A DNA stretch of 64,000 nt from Candidatus Woesebacteria bacterium (GTDB taxonomy: Bacteria; Patescibacteriota; Microgenomatia; UBA8517). The stretch spans positions 10,231 through 74,230 of the forward strand of contig CP058602.1 in assembly GCA_013426185.1 (NCBI GenBank). The letters are read 5' to 3'. The position numbers were made by a program, and so were the translations under genes. Position 1 is the first letter of the stretch. Each line of letters opens with the position of its first letter. A model generated the notes under the pieces. The model was not told the origin of the DNA, searched no databases, and was given only the letters and a program-made list of their open reading frames with translations. Positions 39,322 to 48,037 of the stretch are shown here, one piece after another.

Positions 39322-40750
39322 ATGTTTAATAGCTTGAGGAAATTGTCATTCAGCTTGCTAGGTCTGGGGAAAGCTTTCTTTTTATTCTCCTTTGTCGTTC
39401 TGGTTGTTTTTTTGATTCGTAATCTTGCCGAGGTTCATAAAAGTAGTCTTATGACAAATCTTCCGTCGAAACCCGCGGCGGGTCAGGTTCTTCAGGCACG
39501 TATATCTCCCATAATTGTTGATCATACTTCTGTTGATTTGTTCGAACAGATACCTGATGAATATATAACTGCAGCTAGAGAATTGAAACAAATGTTTATC
39601 GATCAATCGGTGGGAGCAAATATTAGCGAGGGGCTTACCTGTCTGAGTTATCCTTCTGTAAGTCAAGCTCCTTCTGCCTGCAAGCGCCCTAATGCTACAA
39701 CTTCAGGTCTAGTTGCAGATTCTAAGTATTCCAGAGACAACTGGGATTATTTTCATTGGGATTCGCTTAATCTATCTAATGACTATGCGGACTGGCCCGG
39801 GGTGGGCTACGCTTTTATAGAAGCTGTAACGCCGAGACTATCTCAATATCAGGTTTTTTCTTATCAGTATAGTTACCTTCATATGGGTGATCAGGATGGT
39901 ATTCATCTTATTCCGGGAGGCTTTTTTTCTGATAACCCACCCGATAGTCGTCATCCCAAGGCTGATATCTATGATATGGAGCAGTTCTTTTCTCAGCATC
40001 CAGACAAGATCTTTATCTTGTGGACATCCAGTCTGGCGAGAATAATAGGATCGCGTGCTTCTTATGAGTTCAACAATCAGATGCGGGAGTATGCTCGTTC
40101 TAATAACAAGATTCTTTTTGATGTTGCCGATATCGAGTCTCACGCTCCTGATGGCCGTGAATGTACATACAATGGTTATCCTGCAATTTGCCCTGAGTAT
40201 ACTTCTGAGCAATCTGGGGGGGCATTTGGGCAGTATGTCTACAGGGAAGATAAGGATTGCCAAGGCCATGTGGGTATTGATGGCGCAAATCGCCGGCTGG
40301 GTCCCTGATGGTAGCGGTAGTGGAAATTCGAACCCGACACCTCAGCCGTCCGAACCTACTCCGGCTGCTACTGTTGCACCAACTCTCGCCCCTAGTCCGA
40401 CTCCTGGTAACGTGGTTGGTTACATACATGTGGGAGATATCGATCCTTCGGTGAAGTATGTAACTGGTGGATGGCAGGGCAGATTTGTTGTCTACGTGCA
40501 CAATGATTCCCATCTGCCAGTTAGTGGGGTGACAGTATCTGGTAGTTTCTACGGTGCTTGGAATGGATCTAGAACATGTGTTACCAATAAGTCAGGTTGG
40601 TGTGCTCTAACCTCTGACAGGATAAGCGATAGTACCACTGTGGGAATGTCTATAACTAACTTGAGTCTCGATGGATATCAATATGACTTTTCTTCAAATC
40701 ATGATCCTGATGGTGATTCCAACGGGTTTAACGCCTCAGTTTCTAATTGA
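39322..40750 (+). pseudogene. Secreted SGNH-like protein with Pro/Thr linker and Ig-like domain, frameshifted at G7 (40216-40222)
   Basis: DQSVGANI, LFDVADIESH; removing one G joins ...EQSGG to HLGSMSTGKIRIAKAMWVLMAQIAGW. Confidence 0.75.
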
Positions 40751-40887
40751 ATTTACTCGTCTCGGTTGATTTTTTCTGGTTGGGGGTATAGAAAAGTGTT
40801 AGTCCGAGAATAGCCAAGGGGTTATATGGCTGTAGGTTAAAATCCTGTTATTTTGTGAATGCGAGCAGGTGACAAAACATCTGTGGG

Positions 40888-41022
40888 AGCCTGGATCGGG
40901 AATCGCCCCAGAACCAAAGCAAAGCTTGGTTCAGGGCGCCCTGAAGTGAAATGTGTTCTACTTTACGGGCGAACCCGAGACCTCATTCTTTAGACGCCAG
41001 TCGCCGTAAGGCAAGAATGCGC
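40888..41022 (-). pseudogene. Partial duplicate of tRNA-Thr(GGT) with hairpin insertions in T loop and anticodon loop
   Basis: Segments identical to 41062-41112 interrupted by 33+33 nt and ~20 nt inserts. Confidence 0.85.
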
Positions 41023-41061
41023 CCTCTTGCGAATGCAAGCAGAAGAAGAGTGTGTAATCTG

Positions 41062-41134
41062 AGCCTGGATCGGGAATCGAACCCGAGACCTCATTCTTAC
41101 CAAGAATGCGCTCTGCCGACTGAGCTATCCAGGC
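41062..41134 (-). tRNA. tRNA-Thr(GGT)
   Basis: GCCTGGA/TCCAGGC; CATTC-TTGGTAA-GAATG. Confidence 0.95.
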
Positions 41135-41162
41135 ACTTTTCAAAAATTATAACAGACAGCCT

Positions 41163-42209
41163 TTAGATTATAAAGCAGGCGTCTCCAAAAGAATAAAAGC
41201 GATAACCTCTTTTTATTGCTTCTTGGTAAGCTTTGCCAATTAAGCTAGAACTAAAATCTTTAAATTTTTCTTTGGTTTGTGGGTAGCTGACAAATGCTGA
41301 AACCAAGGCAAGAAGAGTTGAGTGGGGAAGGTGAAAATTTGTTATCAAAGCATCTGTCATCTTAAATTTGAAGGGTGGATAAATAAAAAGGTTTGTCTTG
41401 CCTGAAATTTCGGGACAGGCTTCGTCCAGGCTTTCAATGGCGCGCGTCATGGTGGTGCCGACTGCGATTATTCTTTTGCCGTCCTTTTTTGCCTCAAAAA
41501 GCCTTTCTGCTACTTCTTTTTTAATCTCAAAATATTCAGAATGGATTTTATGGTCTTCTAGGTTTTCGCTTTTAATAGGAGCAAAAGTTCCCAGCCCAAC
41601 ATGAAGAGTCACGAATTCTATCTTTACTCCGTTATTTTTAAGCTTTCTAATTAATCTTTTGGTAAAGTGAAATCCTGCCGTTGGGGCTGCGACCGAACCT
41701 GTTTTTTGAGCATAGACCGTCTGATATTGTTTCCTTAAAAGAGATTCTTTTTGGTTCGTTTTAATATAAGGGGGTAGGGGAGTTTTGCCAAATTTTTGAA
41801 GAAGGTAAAAGAGCTCATCTTTTTTGAGTTTGGTTTTGATTAGAGTTTGATTACTATCTTGATTGAGGCAAGTGAATTCTTGGTCTTTAAAAAATATTTT
41901 ATGACCTTTTTTAAGTCCAGGTTTTGTTAAAACTTGCCATATTTTCGGTCTTATTTCTTCAAGAAACAAGACCTCGATTTTTCCGCCTGTTTCCTTTCTA
42001 GCAATAATTCTTGCGGGGAAGACTTTTGTCTTATTGAAAACTAGAATATCGTTTTCTCCCATAAAATTGGCGATATCGCTAAATTTATGATGGCTTATGG
42101 TTTTAGTTTTCCTATTGATTACAAGAAGTCTTGAGGCATCACGAGGTGAGGCTGGTTTTTGGGCAATTAGCGCTTTTGGGAGATTATAGTCGAAAAGAGA
42201 AGATTTCAT
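41163..42209 (-). CDS. queA: S-adenosylmethionine:tRNA ribosyltransferase-isomerase
   Basis: FDYNLP, PLPPYI, YQTVYA, GSVAAPTAGFHF, LHVGLGTF, TNFHLP, YRFYSFGDA. Confidence 0.97.
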   Translation of the reverse strand: MKSSLFDYNLPKALIAQKPASPRDASRLLVINRKTKTISHHKFSDIANFMGENDILVFNKTKVFPARIIARKETGGKIEVLFLEEIRPKIWQVLTKPGLKKGHKIFFKDQEFTCLNQDSNQTLIKTKLKKDELFYLLQKFGKTPLPPYIKTNQKESLLRKQYQTVYAQKTGSVAAPTAGFHFTKRLIRKLKNNGVKIEFVTLHVGLGTFAPIKSENLEDHKIHSEYFEIKKEVAERLFEAKKDGKRIIAVGTTMTRAIESLDEACPEISGKTNLFIYPPFKFKMTDALITNFHLPHSTLLALVSAFVSYPQTKEKFKDFSSSLIGKAYQEAIKRGYRFYSFGDACFII

Positions 42210-42625
42210 AGTACAAATTACAATATACAAATTCCAAGCTCCAAATTACAATATACAAACAATATACAAATTCTAAATTCTAATTTCTAATTTCTAAATC
42301 CTAAACAAATCGCAAATCACAAATTAACTTAAAACTTAAAAGTCAAAAGTCAAAACTTGACAATTAGATTATAGAATCTAGATTAGAGATTATAGAATTA
42401 AATCACAAATTACAATATACAAATTACAAATTCTAATTTCTAAATCCTAAATTCTAAACAATTTTACAATCATCGAATTTTCCAATCACAAACAGATTAG
42501 GAATACTGAATTTAGTATTATGAATTATGTATTATGCAGGAAAATGCATTGTTCCCATAATACATAATACAAGATACTAGATACAATCTTTTGCTTTCTA
42601 CTTACTACGTTCTACTTTCTACTGT
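42210..42625. repeat. Mosaic heptamer array A12 (reverse orientation)
   Basis: ATTCCAA/ATTCTAA, GTCAAAA, TTATAGA, TATTATG hairpin, TTCTACT modules. Confidence 0.9.
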
Positions 42626-42631
42626 TGTTAG

Positions 42632-42884
42632 TGCTGGGGCCAGGATTCGAACCTGGGTAGCCCGTTCGGGCGACAGTTTTATCCCGGTAGTAATTTCGCT
42701 TCGCTTAATACTACGGGACAGGCAGACTGGTGTCAGGTGAGGGATTCGAACCCCCGAAGCCCATCCGGGCGGCAGTTTTACAGACTGCTCCGATTGTCCA
42801 CTCCGGCAACCTGACAAAATTGAGTGCGTTTGCCTGCCCCGAAGTCAACTTTGTTGTACTTTGGGGACCACTTGGCACCCCAGC
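42632..42884 (-). pseudogene. Split tRNA-Tyr(GTA) host gene with three insertions
   Basis: 5' GCTGGGG (42884) pairs with CCCCAGC-A (42632); D-loop insert 42833-42866, anticodon insert 42682-42722, nested tRNA 42728-42815. Confidence 0.8.
42728..42815 (-). tRNA. tRNA-Tyr(GTA), intact, encoded CCA
   Basis: GTCAGGT/ACCTGAC-ACCA; GCAGT-CTGTAAA-ACTGC; long variable arm. Confidence 0.93.
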
Positions 42885-42898
42885 ATTTTATTTTTGTG

Positions 42899-42971
42899 AG
42901 CCGAGGGTGGGATTCGAACCCACGACTTGCTGTTTACAAAACAGCTACTCTGGCCACTGAGTTACCCCGGC
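42899..42971 (-). tRNA. tRNA-Thr(TGT)
   Basis: GCCGGGG/CCTCGGC; GCTGT-TTTGTAA-ACAGC. Confidence 0.95.
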
Positions 42972-43033
42972 TAATGGTAACAGAGAATATTATATCAGAA
43001 AGTGGTTTTTGATGGGAGAGTTTTCCAAAAGGT

Positions 43034-43188
43034 TGACCCCGCTTTCGGGTTTCCGGTTGAATTTTTCCCCGGATATAATCCAGGTGGGTGGGCTCATCTT
43101 AAACCCGCAGGTTTAAGAAATTTGCCCTCCCTTAAAGAAAGCTGGTGAGGAAAAAGCTTCCCCGGAACTTCCCTCTAAAGCAGGGTCA
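43034..43188 (-). ncRNA. Rod-shaped ~155-nt ncRNA, 6S RNA candidate
   Basis: End-to-end pairing TGACCCTGCTTT/AAAGCGGGGTCA, TTCCGG/CCGGAA, TTTTTCC/GGAAAAA, CTTAAACC/GGTTTAAG; TGtTATAAT just upstream. Confidence 0.6.
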
Positions 43189-43232
43189 TTTTTATTATAA
43201 CAGTAAAATCAAGTGTTTGGGAAGGGGCAATT

Positions 43233-43877
43233 TTAGATCAAATTGCCTTGTGGTAGAAGCAAATTAACAAGAAAATTAATGATTGGGCTCAAGAAAGCAT
43301 TCAAAGGTGAAACGCCGCGATAAGAAAGAAAAATAAGCATAAAGATGATAATTAGGCCGTACTGGTTTAAAAATTTGTCTGTTTCTTCCGCTTCTTTTGC
43401 GGGCAAAATTCCTACTAAGATTTTTCCTCCGTCAAGAGGGTGTATTGGAATAAGATTGAAAACTGCTAGTACTAAATTTATGACTATGATTAAGTAAAAA
43501 AGAGGCAGTAAAATAGCTAGTATTGAGAAAGGACCGCTAGCAAGTCTAACAACAAGGGCAAAGATAACGGCTGTTATAAAGTTGGCAACTGGTCCTGATA
43601 GAGATATTAAACCGGCATCTTTTCGCGGATTTTTAAGATTAAAGGGATCAAAGCCTACAGGTTTTGCCCAACCGAAAACAAAAGGCGAGCCAAATAAAAT
43701 GAGAAATAAGGGAACTATGATTGTTCCATAAAGATCTAAGTGTTTGAGTGGATTTAAGGTCATTCTGCCTTGAAGTCTTGCGGTTGGATCGCCAAGCCTG
43801 TTTGCCATCCAGGCATGAGCAGCCTCGTGGACACTGATCGCAATTAAGAAAGCAATGATCTTGTAAATAATTAGCAT
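43233..43877 (-). CDS. Site-2 protease (M50)
   Basis: HEAAH, GDPTA, FGWAKPV, GPVAN, FNLIPIHPLDGG. Confidence 0.94.
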   Translation of the reverse strand: MLIIYKIIAFLIAISVHEAAHAWMANRLGDPTARLQGRMTLNPLKHLDLYGTIIVPLFLILFGSPFVFGWAKPVGFDPFNLKNPRKDAGLISLSGPVANFITAVIFALVVRLASGPFSILAILLPLFYLIIVINLVLAVFNLIPIHPLDGGKILVGILPAKEAEETDKFLNQYGLIIIFMLIFLSYRGVSPLNAFLSPIINFLVNLLLPQGNLI

Positions 43878-43940
43878 TTTATTTTTTCAGTCTTTCTAGT
43901 ATAATACAATTTGTCTTGTTTTTCAGGTAGAATAAAAGAT

Positions 43941-44192
43941 ATGTCATACGTTTGCCAAATTTGCGGTAAAGGAAATGTGATGGGCCGTTCCCACACTCAC
44001 AAGCGAGGTGTGGCGGGAAAGAGGTGGAAAAAAAGGACCACCAAGACGCCAAGACTTTTTAAGGTCAACTTACAAAGGGTAACAGTTTTGGTTAACGGAG
44101 AAGAGAAGAAAATGCGTCTTTGCACAAAGTGCATTAAAAGGATTAAGAAGTATAAGTCGATTGGCGATTTTAGCGATATTTCTTTAGTTTAA
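43941..44192 (+). CDS. rpmB: 50S ribosomal protein L28
   Basis: CQICGKG...R.FKVNLQ...RLCTKCIK. Confidence 0.92.
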   Translation: MSYVCQICGKGNVMGRSHTHKRGVAGKRWKKRTTKTPRLFKVNLQRVTVLVNGEEKKMRLCTKCIKRIKKYKSIGDFSDISLV

Positions 44193-45166
44193 CTCACAAG
44201 CGAGTTTTGAGGATATCCCACCTTAAATTGCTCCCAAGTTACTGGGTTTTTGCCTTCAAGCTGAACTTCATCTAGAACCAGATTTTTGTCTGACAAGTGG
44301 GAACTTATGATTTTCAATCTTTTAGTTTCGCCATTTTCTTGCAATTTAACCTCGGTCCAAGCGCATGGCCAAGGGTTCATAGCGCGAATGAAATTATTAA
44401 TATTTCTTGGACTAGCTTTGATCTCTTTATTTTTCATAAATTGAATTCTAAAATTACTCCCTTTAAAGGCCTGGCCTTTAAAGGTAGCCTGAAGGATGGC
44501 TGGGTCGATGAAAGCATAGTCTTTTTTTATCTCATAGCAAAATGTTGCTTTTTTATGATCTTGTTCTTTAAGATTAATTTTCCCTTCAAGGTAGGCAGGC
44601 AAAAGTTCAACCAATACTTGAGATGATCTTTCAAAGAGTCTTCTTCTTAAAGTTTCTGTGGTATCGTTTTCATCAATCTCCTCTTTAAACTGACAGACTA
44701 TCGGCCCATGGTCAAGAAGGCTGTCAAGTTTAATTATTGAGACTCCGGTTTCTTTTTTGCCAAGAGCAATTGCTGCCTGAACTGGTGATGCTCCTCTAAA
44801 TTTAGGCAAAAGCGAGGGATGGATGTTTAAGATTCCTTTTTTGAAGGAATCAATAACCCTTTGGGGAATTATCAAGCTAAATGAAGCTAAAATTGCCAAG
44901 TCGCTTTCAATGCCTGATTCAAGAAACTTATTCATATCATAAAAAACAGGAATTCTTTTCTGATAAGCCCATTTATCAACGGCTGAATAGGCAAGTTCTC
45001 CTTTTCTTCCTGCTGGTTTTGGAGCTTGGGTGATAACAGCGGCTATTATCTGGCTTCCGTCTTTAAATCTGAAATTTTTGTGTAAAGCCTCAAGGATAGG
45101 GACAACATAATCAGGTGTTCCAAAAAAGACTATCTTGGTGTTAATTATATTTCTACCTTTTCCCAT
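44189..45166 (-). CDS. fmt: Methionyl-tRNA formyltransferase
   Basis: IVFFGTPDY, NIHPSLLPKFRGASPVQ, LDHGPI, IRAMNPWP; exact start uncertain. Confidence 0.94.
   Translation of the reverse strand: MGKGRNIINTKIVFFGTPDYVVPILEALHKNFRFKDGSQIIAAVITQAPKPAGRKGELAYSAVDKWAYQKRIPVFYDMNKFLESGIESDLAILASFSLIIPQRVIDSFKKGILNIHPSLLPKFRGASPVQAAIALGKKETGVSIIKLDSLLDHGPIVCQFKEEIDENDTTETLRRRLFERSSQVLVELLPAYLEGKINLKEQDHKKATFCYEIKKDYAFIDPAILQATFKGQAFKGSNFRIQFMKNKEIKASPRNINNFIRAMNPWPCAWTEVKLQENGETKRLKIISSHLSDKNLVLDEVQLEGKNPVTWEQFKVGYPQNSLVS
44459..44485. repeat. R3 palindrome in frame inside fmt
   Basis: CCCTTTAAAGGCCTGGCCTTTAAAGGT encodes TFKGQAFKG. Confidence 0.8.
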
Positions 45167-45663
45167 TCTGATCCTTTCAATTCGTATAACGGTTGCTTTT
45201 GTTCTATCAAGTGGTCAATAAAAAGAACGCCATTCAAATGATCAATTTCGTGCTGGATAATATGAGCTTGAAAGCCTTTGAAAGTTTCTGTTTTTTCCTG
45301 GCCTTCAAGATCTTGATATTTGATAGTAATTTCACTTGGTCTTTTAACATGCCCGTAGTAATCTGGGATTGAAAGACACCCCTCAAGGATTGATTTTTTT
45401 GTTTTTTTCTTATTGTATTTGGTTTCAACCACCTTGGGGTTTGCAATTACTCTTATTTTTTTATCCTTATCAAGGAAGGCGAAAATAGCGAGGGATTTGC
45501 CAATTTGGCAGGCGGCAAGTCCGACTCCTTCAGGGTCTTTTTGGACGCGAAGAGTGTCGATCAAGTCTTCTGCCAATTGTTTGATTTTCTTATCAAACTT
45601 TTTGATTGGCTTTGCTTTTTTTCTTATCACAGGATCTTTTGAGAGGACTATTTTTCTTATCAT
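45145..45663 (-). CDS. def: Peptide deformylase
   Basis: GVGLAACQIG, EGCLS, QHEIDHLNG. Confidence 0.97.
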   Translation of the reverse strand: MIRKIVLSKDPVIRKKAKPIKKFDKKIKQLAEDLIDTLRVQKDPEGVGLAACQIGKSLAIFAFLDKDKKIRVIANPKVVETKYNKKKTKKSILEGCLSIPDYYGHVKRPSEITIKYQDLEGQEKTETFKGFQAHIIQHEIDHLNGVLFIDHLIEQKQPLYELKGSEWEKVEI

Positions 45664-45687
45664 ATTAATATTATATCAGAAAATCGG

Positions 45688-47706
45688 CTATTTTATCTCT
45701 TCTAGCTGGTTTTTGGCAAACTCGTCGTTGGGGTTTATTTTTTCAAGAATGTATTTTAGCTCTTCTTTGGCTTTTTCTTTTTCTCCTAGTTTATTGTAGG
45801 CGGTCGATAGAGCAAGCCTTCCGTCACGGTAGTTACTTTTAAGCTCAACGCTTTTTTCAAGCACTTCTTTTGCTTTTTGGGGATTATTTGATCTTAGATA
45901 AATCAGGCCAAGATTATAATAAACTTTAGGGTCAGTTGGAGCAAATTGAGAAAGATCAAGTAGCGAATTTTCGGCGTCGGTGGTAAGTTTGGGGTCAATA
46001 ATTGAAAGCTGTATTAATATGGAAGAGTATGTTTTTCTAAAAAAGATGTTGTTTGGCGAAAGGTTAACGGCTTCTTTAATTTGGTCAAGAGCTTTGTTTG
46101 CTAACTCTTCTGTTTGATTTTGGTTATTTTTATTAAAGGCAGAAATTGCAAGGCCAAGAGTGGTTTTGGCAAGTTCGTCGAGATAAACCGGCTCTTGTGG
46201 TTTTAGTTTTATGGCTTTATTTAAAGAGTCTTGAGCAAAAGCGTAATTTTTGCTTCTGTTGTAATCTTTGGCGCGGCTATAGTAAAAATCAGCCAGCCAG
46301 TAGTTGATGAGTTTATAAATTATAAAAATAGAAATGAAACCTAAAATTAAAAGGCTTATTTTTGCTTTAGTGTCAAAATAATATTTTTCTTCTTTTTCTT
46401 CGGCTTGATTTTTGAAAGAGAAGGCAATAGCCGGATAAATAAAGAATAGAAAACTAGTGACAGCAACCGAGAAGCCAAAGATATTGGTTGTAAGAAAGCC
46501 AATATATCCTGAAAGAAGGCCGAGGGTTATAAACTTTTCTTTTTCATCTTTTGTTTTTTTAATTTCTCTTGCCATCATTAAAATTGATGAAAGAATAAGG
46601 ATAAGATAGCTAAAAAGACCCAAAATGCCTGTATTGGCAAGATAATTTAGGTATTCGTTGTGAGCTTTGTTGTAAACAAAATCCCATTCAGATGTAAGAT
46701 TGTGTTCGGCTGGCTTGTATTTGAAATAGGAAAGGGCAAATGTTTCAGGTCCTGTGCCAAAGACAGGATAATCTTTAAAGACTTTAATGGCTCCTTTCCA
46801 GACGATTTTTCTAATCTCTCCTGATTCAGTTCCTCCTGTTTCAAGAACAGTGCCTGCTTGAGGAGGGGTAGAATTTTTATTTTTTGAAATCAGCTCTTTT
46901 AGACTGGGAGTCCATGGAGTTCCAATTATTAAAGTAATAAAGATAATTGAAAGATTGAAGAGAAGGGCTTGCTTTTTGATTTTAGCTTTGTTGATAAGAA
47001 AAGAAATCAGCCAAAATAAAATATTTGCTGCAACAAATCCCAAAAGTCCCGAGCGCGATTTAGTAAAAAGAAGAACCAGAAAGTAAATTAAGGCAAGTAT
47101 AAAAAACCTTCTTTGCGATCTCTTTTTATCAAGATAAAAAGTGTAAGCAAGGCTTGTTGGAAAGATAAAAACAATAAAGGCGGAAAGCCAATTGGGTTGG
47201 CCGAGAGTTGAAAAAACGCGATTTTGGACATCTTGCACCCAGATGTTTTTATCAATGCCTGCTTTTTGAAGGATGGCATAAAGACAAACAATAACGCTTG
47301 AGGCAAAGGTGATTTTTATAAAATCAATTACTTTTTCCTTTTTAATGTTATTGACAAAGGCAAAGTAAAGGAGCGTGTAGGAAATAATTGGAAGAAGTCC
47401 GCCGTTAAAGCGGGAGTAATAGCCAAAAATAGACATATGCCTGTCAATTGAAAAGTAGGTTGAGATGAGGTTTGCAAGAAGAAAAGTGATAAGAGGCAAA
47501 TCAAGCGGAGTTTTTTTGAAAGTTAGTTTTTGGCTGATGATAATTTTAGCAAGCCAAAAAGAGGTGATTATTGTGGTTAAAATGTAGAGAAAAACGATTT
47601 TATTGAATTCAAAAAGTTCGGATGTGACAGGAATGACAATAAGGGGCAAGAGAAAAAAAAGGAGAGAGAAGGAAAAATATATCGCTTTTTCTATTTTTTG
47701 TATCAC
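45688..47706 (-). CDS. O-antigen ligase family membrane protein with C-terminal TPRs
   Basis: STLGQPN, TKSRSG, R..VW, GTGPETF, KAHNEYL; TPR-like helices. Confidence 0.88.
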   Translation of the reverse strand: MIQKIEKAIYFSFSLLFFLLPLIVIPVTSELFEFNKIVFLYILTTIITSFWLAKIIISQKLTFKKTPLDLPLITFLLANLISTYFSIDRHMSIFGYYSRFNGGLLPIISYTLLYFAFVNNIKKEKVIDFIKITFASSVIVCLYAILQKAGIDKNIWVQDVQNRVFSTLGQPNWLSAFIVFIFPTSLAYTFYLDKKRSQRRFFILALIYFLVLLFTKSRSGLLGFVAANILFWLISFLINKAKIKKQALLFNLSIIFITLIIGTPWTPSLKELISKNKNSTPPQAGTVLETGGTESGEIRKIVWKGAIKVFKDYPVFGTGPETFALSYFKYKPAEHNLTSEWDFVYNKAHNEYLNYLANTGILGLFSYLILILSSILMMAREIKKTKDEKEKFITLGLLSGYIGFLTTNIFGFSVAVTSFLFFIYPAIAFSFKNQAEEKEEKYYFDTKAKISLLILGFISIFIIYKLINYWLADFYYSRAKDYNRSKNYAFAQDSLNKAIKLKPQEPVYLDELAKTTLGLAISAFNKNNQNQTEELANKALDQIKEAVNLSPNNIFFRKTYSSILIQLSIIDPKLTTDAENSLLDLSQFAPTDPKVYYNLGLIYLRSNNPQKAKEVLEKSVELKSNYRDGRLALSTAYNKLGEKEKAKEELKYILEKINPNDEFAKNQLEEIK

Positions 47707-47749
47707 AGATTAATTTTAGGTTTATTGAGGCTTTAAGGCAAGGGGAAAG

Positions 47750-48026
47750 CAGTCGGAGTTGGTCCTCGCTTAGAGCAAGGTTGGCCAAAGTTAGTCTCCA
47801 CCTGCGGCGGAGTTAGTCGAAGCTGGCAGGAAGCTAGTATTTAGTATTTTGTATTATGTATTATGCAGGAAATACAAGTAGGAAGTAGAAAGTAGTAAGT
47901 AGAAAGCAAAATTCATAAATCTTAAATCTTAAATCCTAAATCTAGATTCTATAATCTGTTTGTAATTTGGATCTTGGAATTTGTAATTTTAACTTTTGTA
48001 ATCCGTGACAAGGACGGACCTTGTCA
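47750..48026. repeat. Mosaic heptamer array A13 ending in R1 (48006-48026)
   Basis: TATTATG, AAGTAGA, TAAATCT, TTGGAAT modules. Confidence 0.85.
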
Positions 48027-48037
48027 ACAAAACTAAA

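Noticed and set aside
40888-41134. Prophage or island attL/attR at tRNA-Thr
   Set aside because: The duplicate lies only ~40 bp from the intact gene with no integrase or cargo between.
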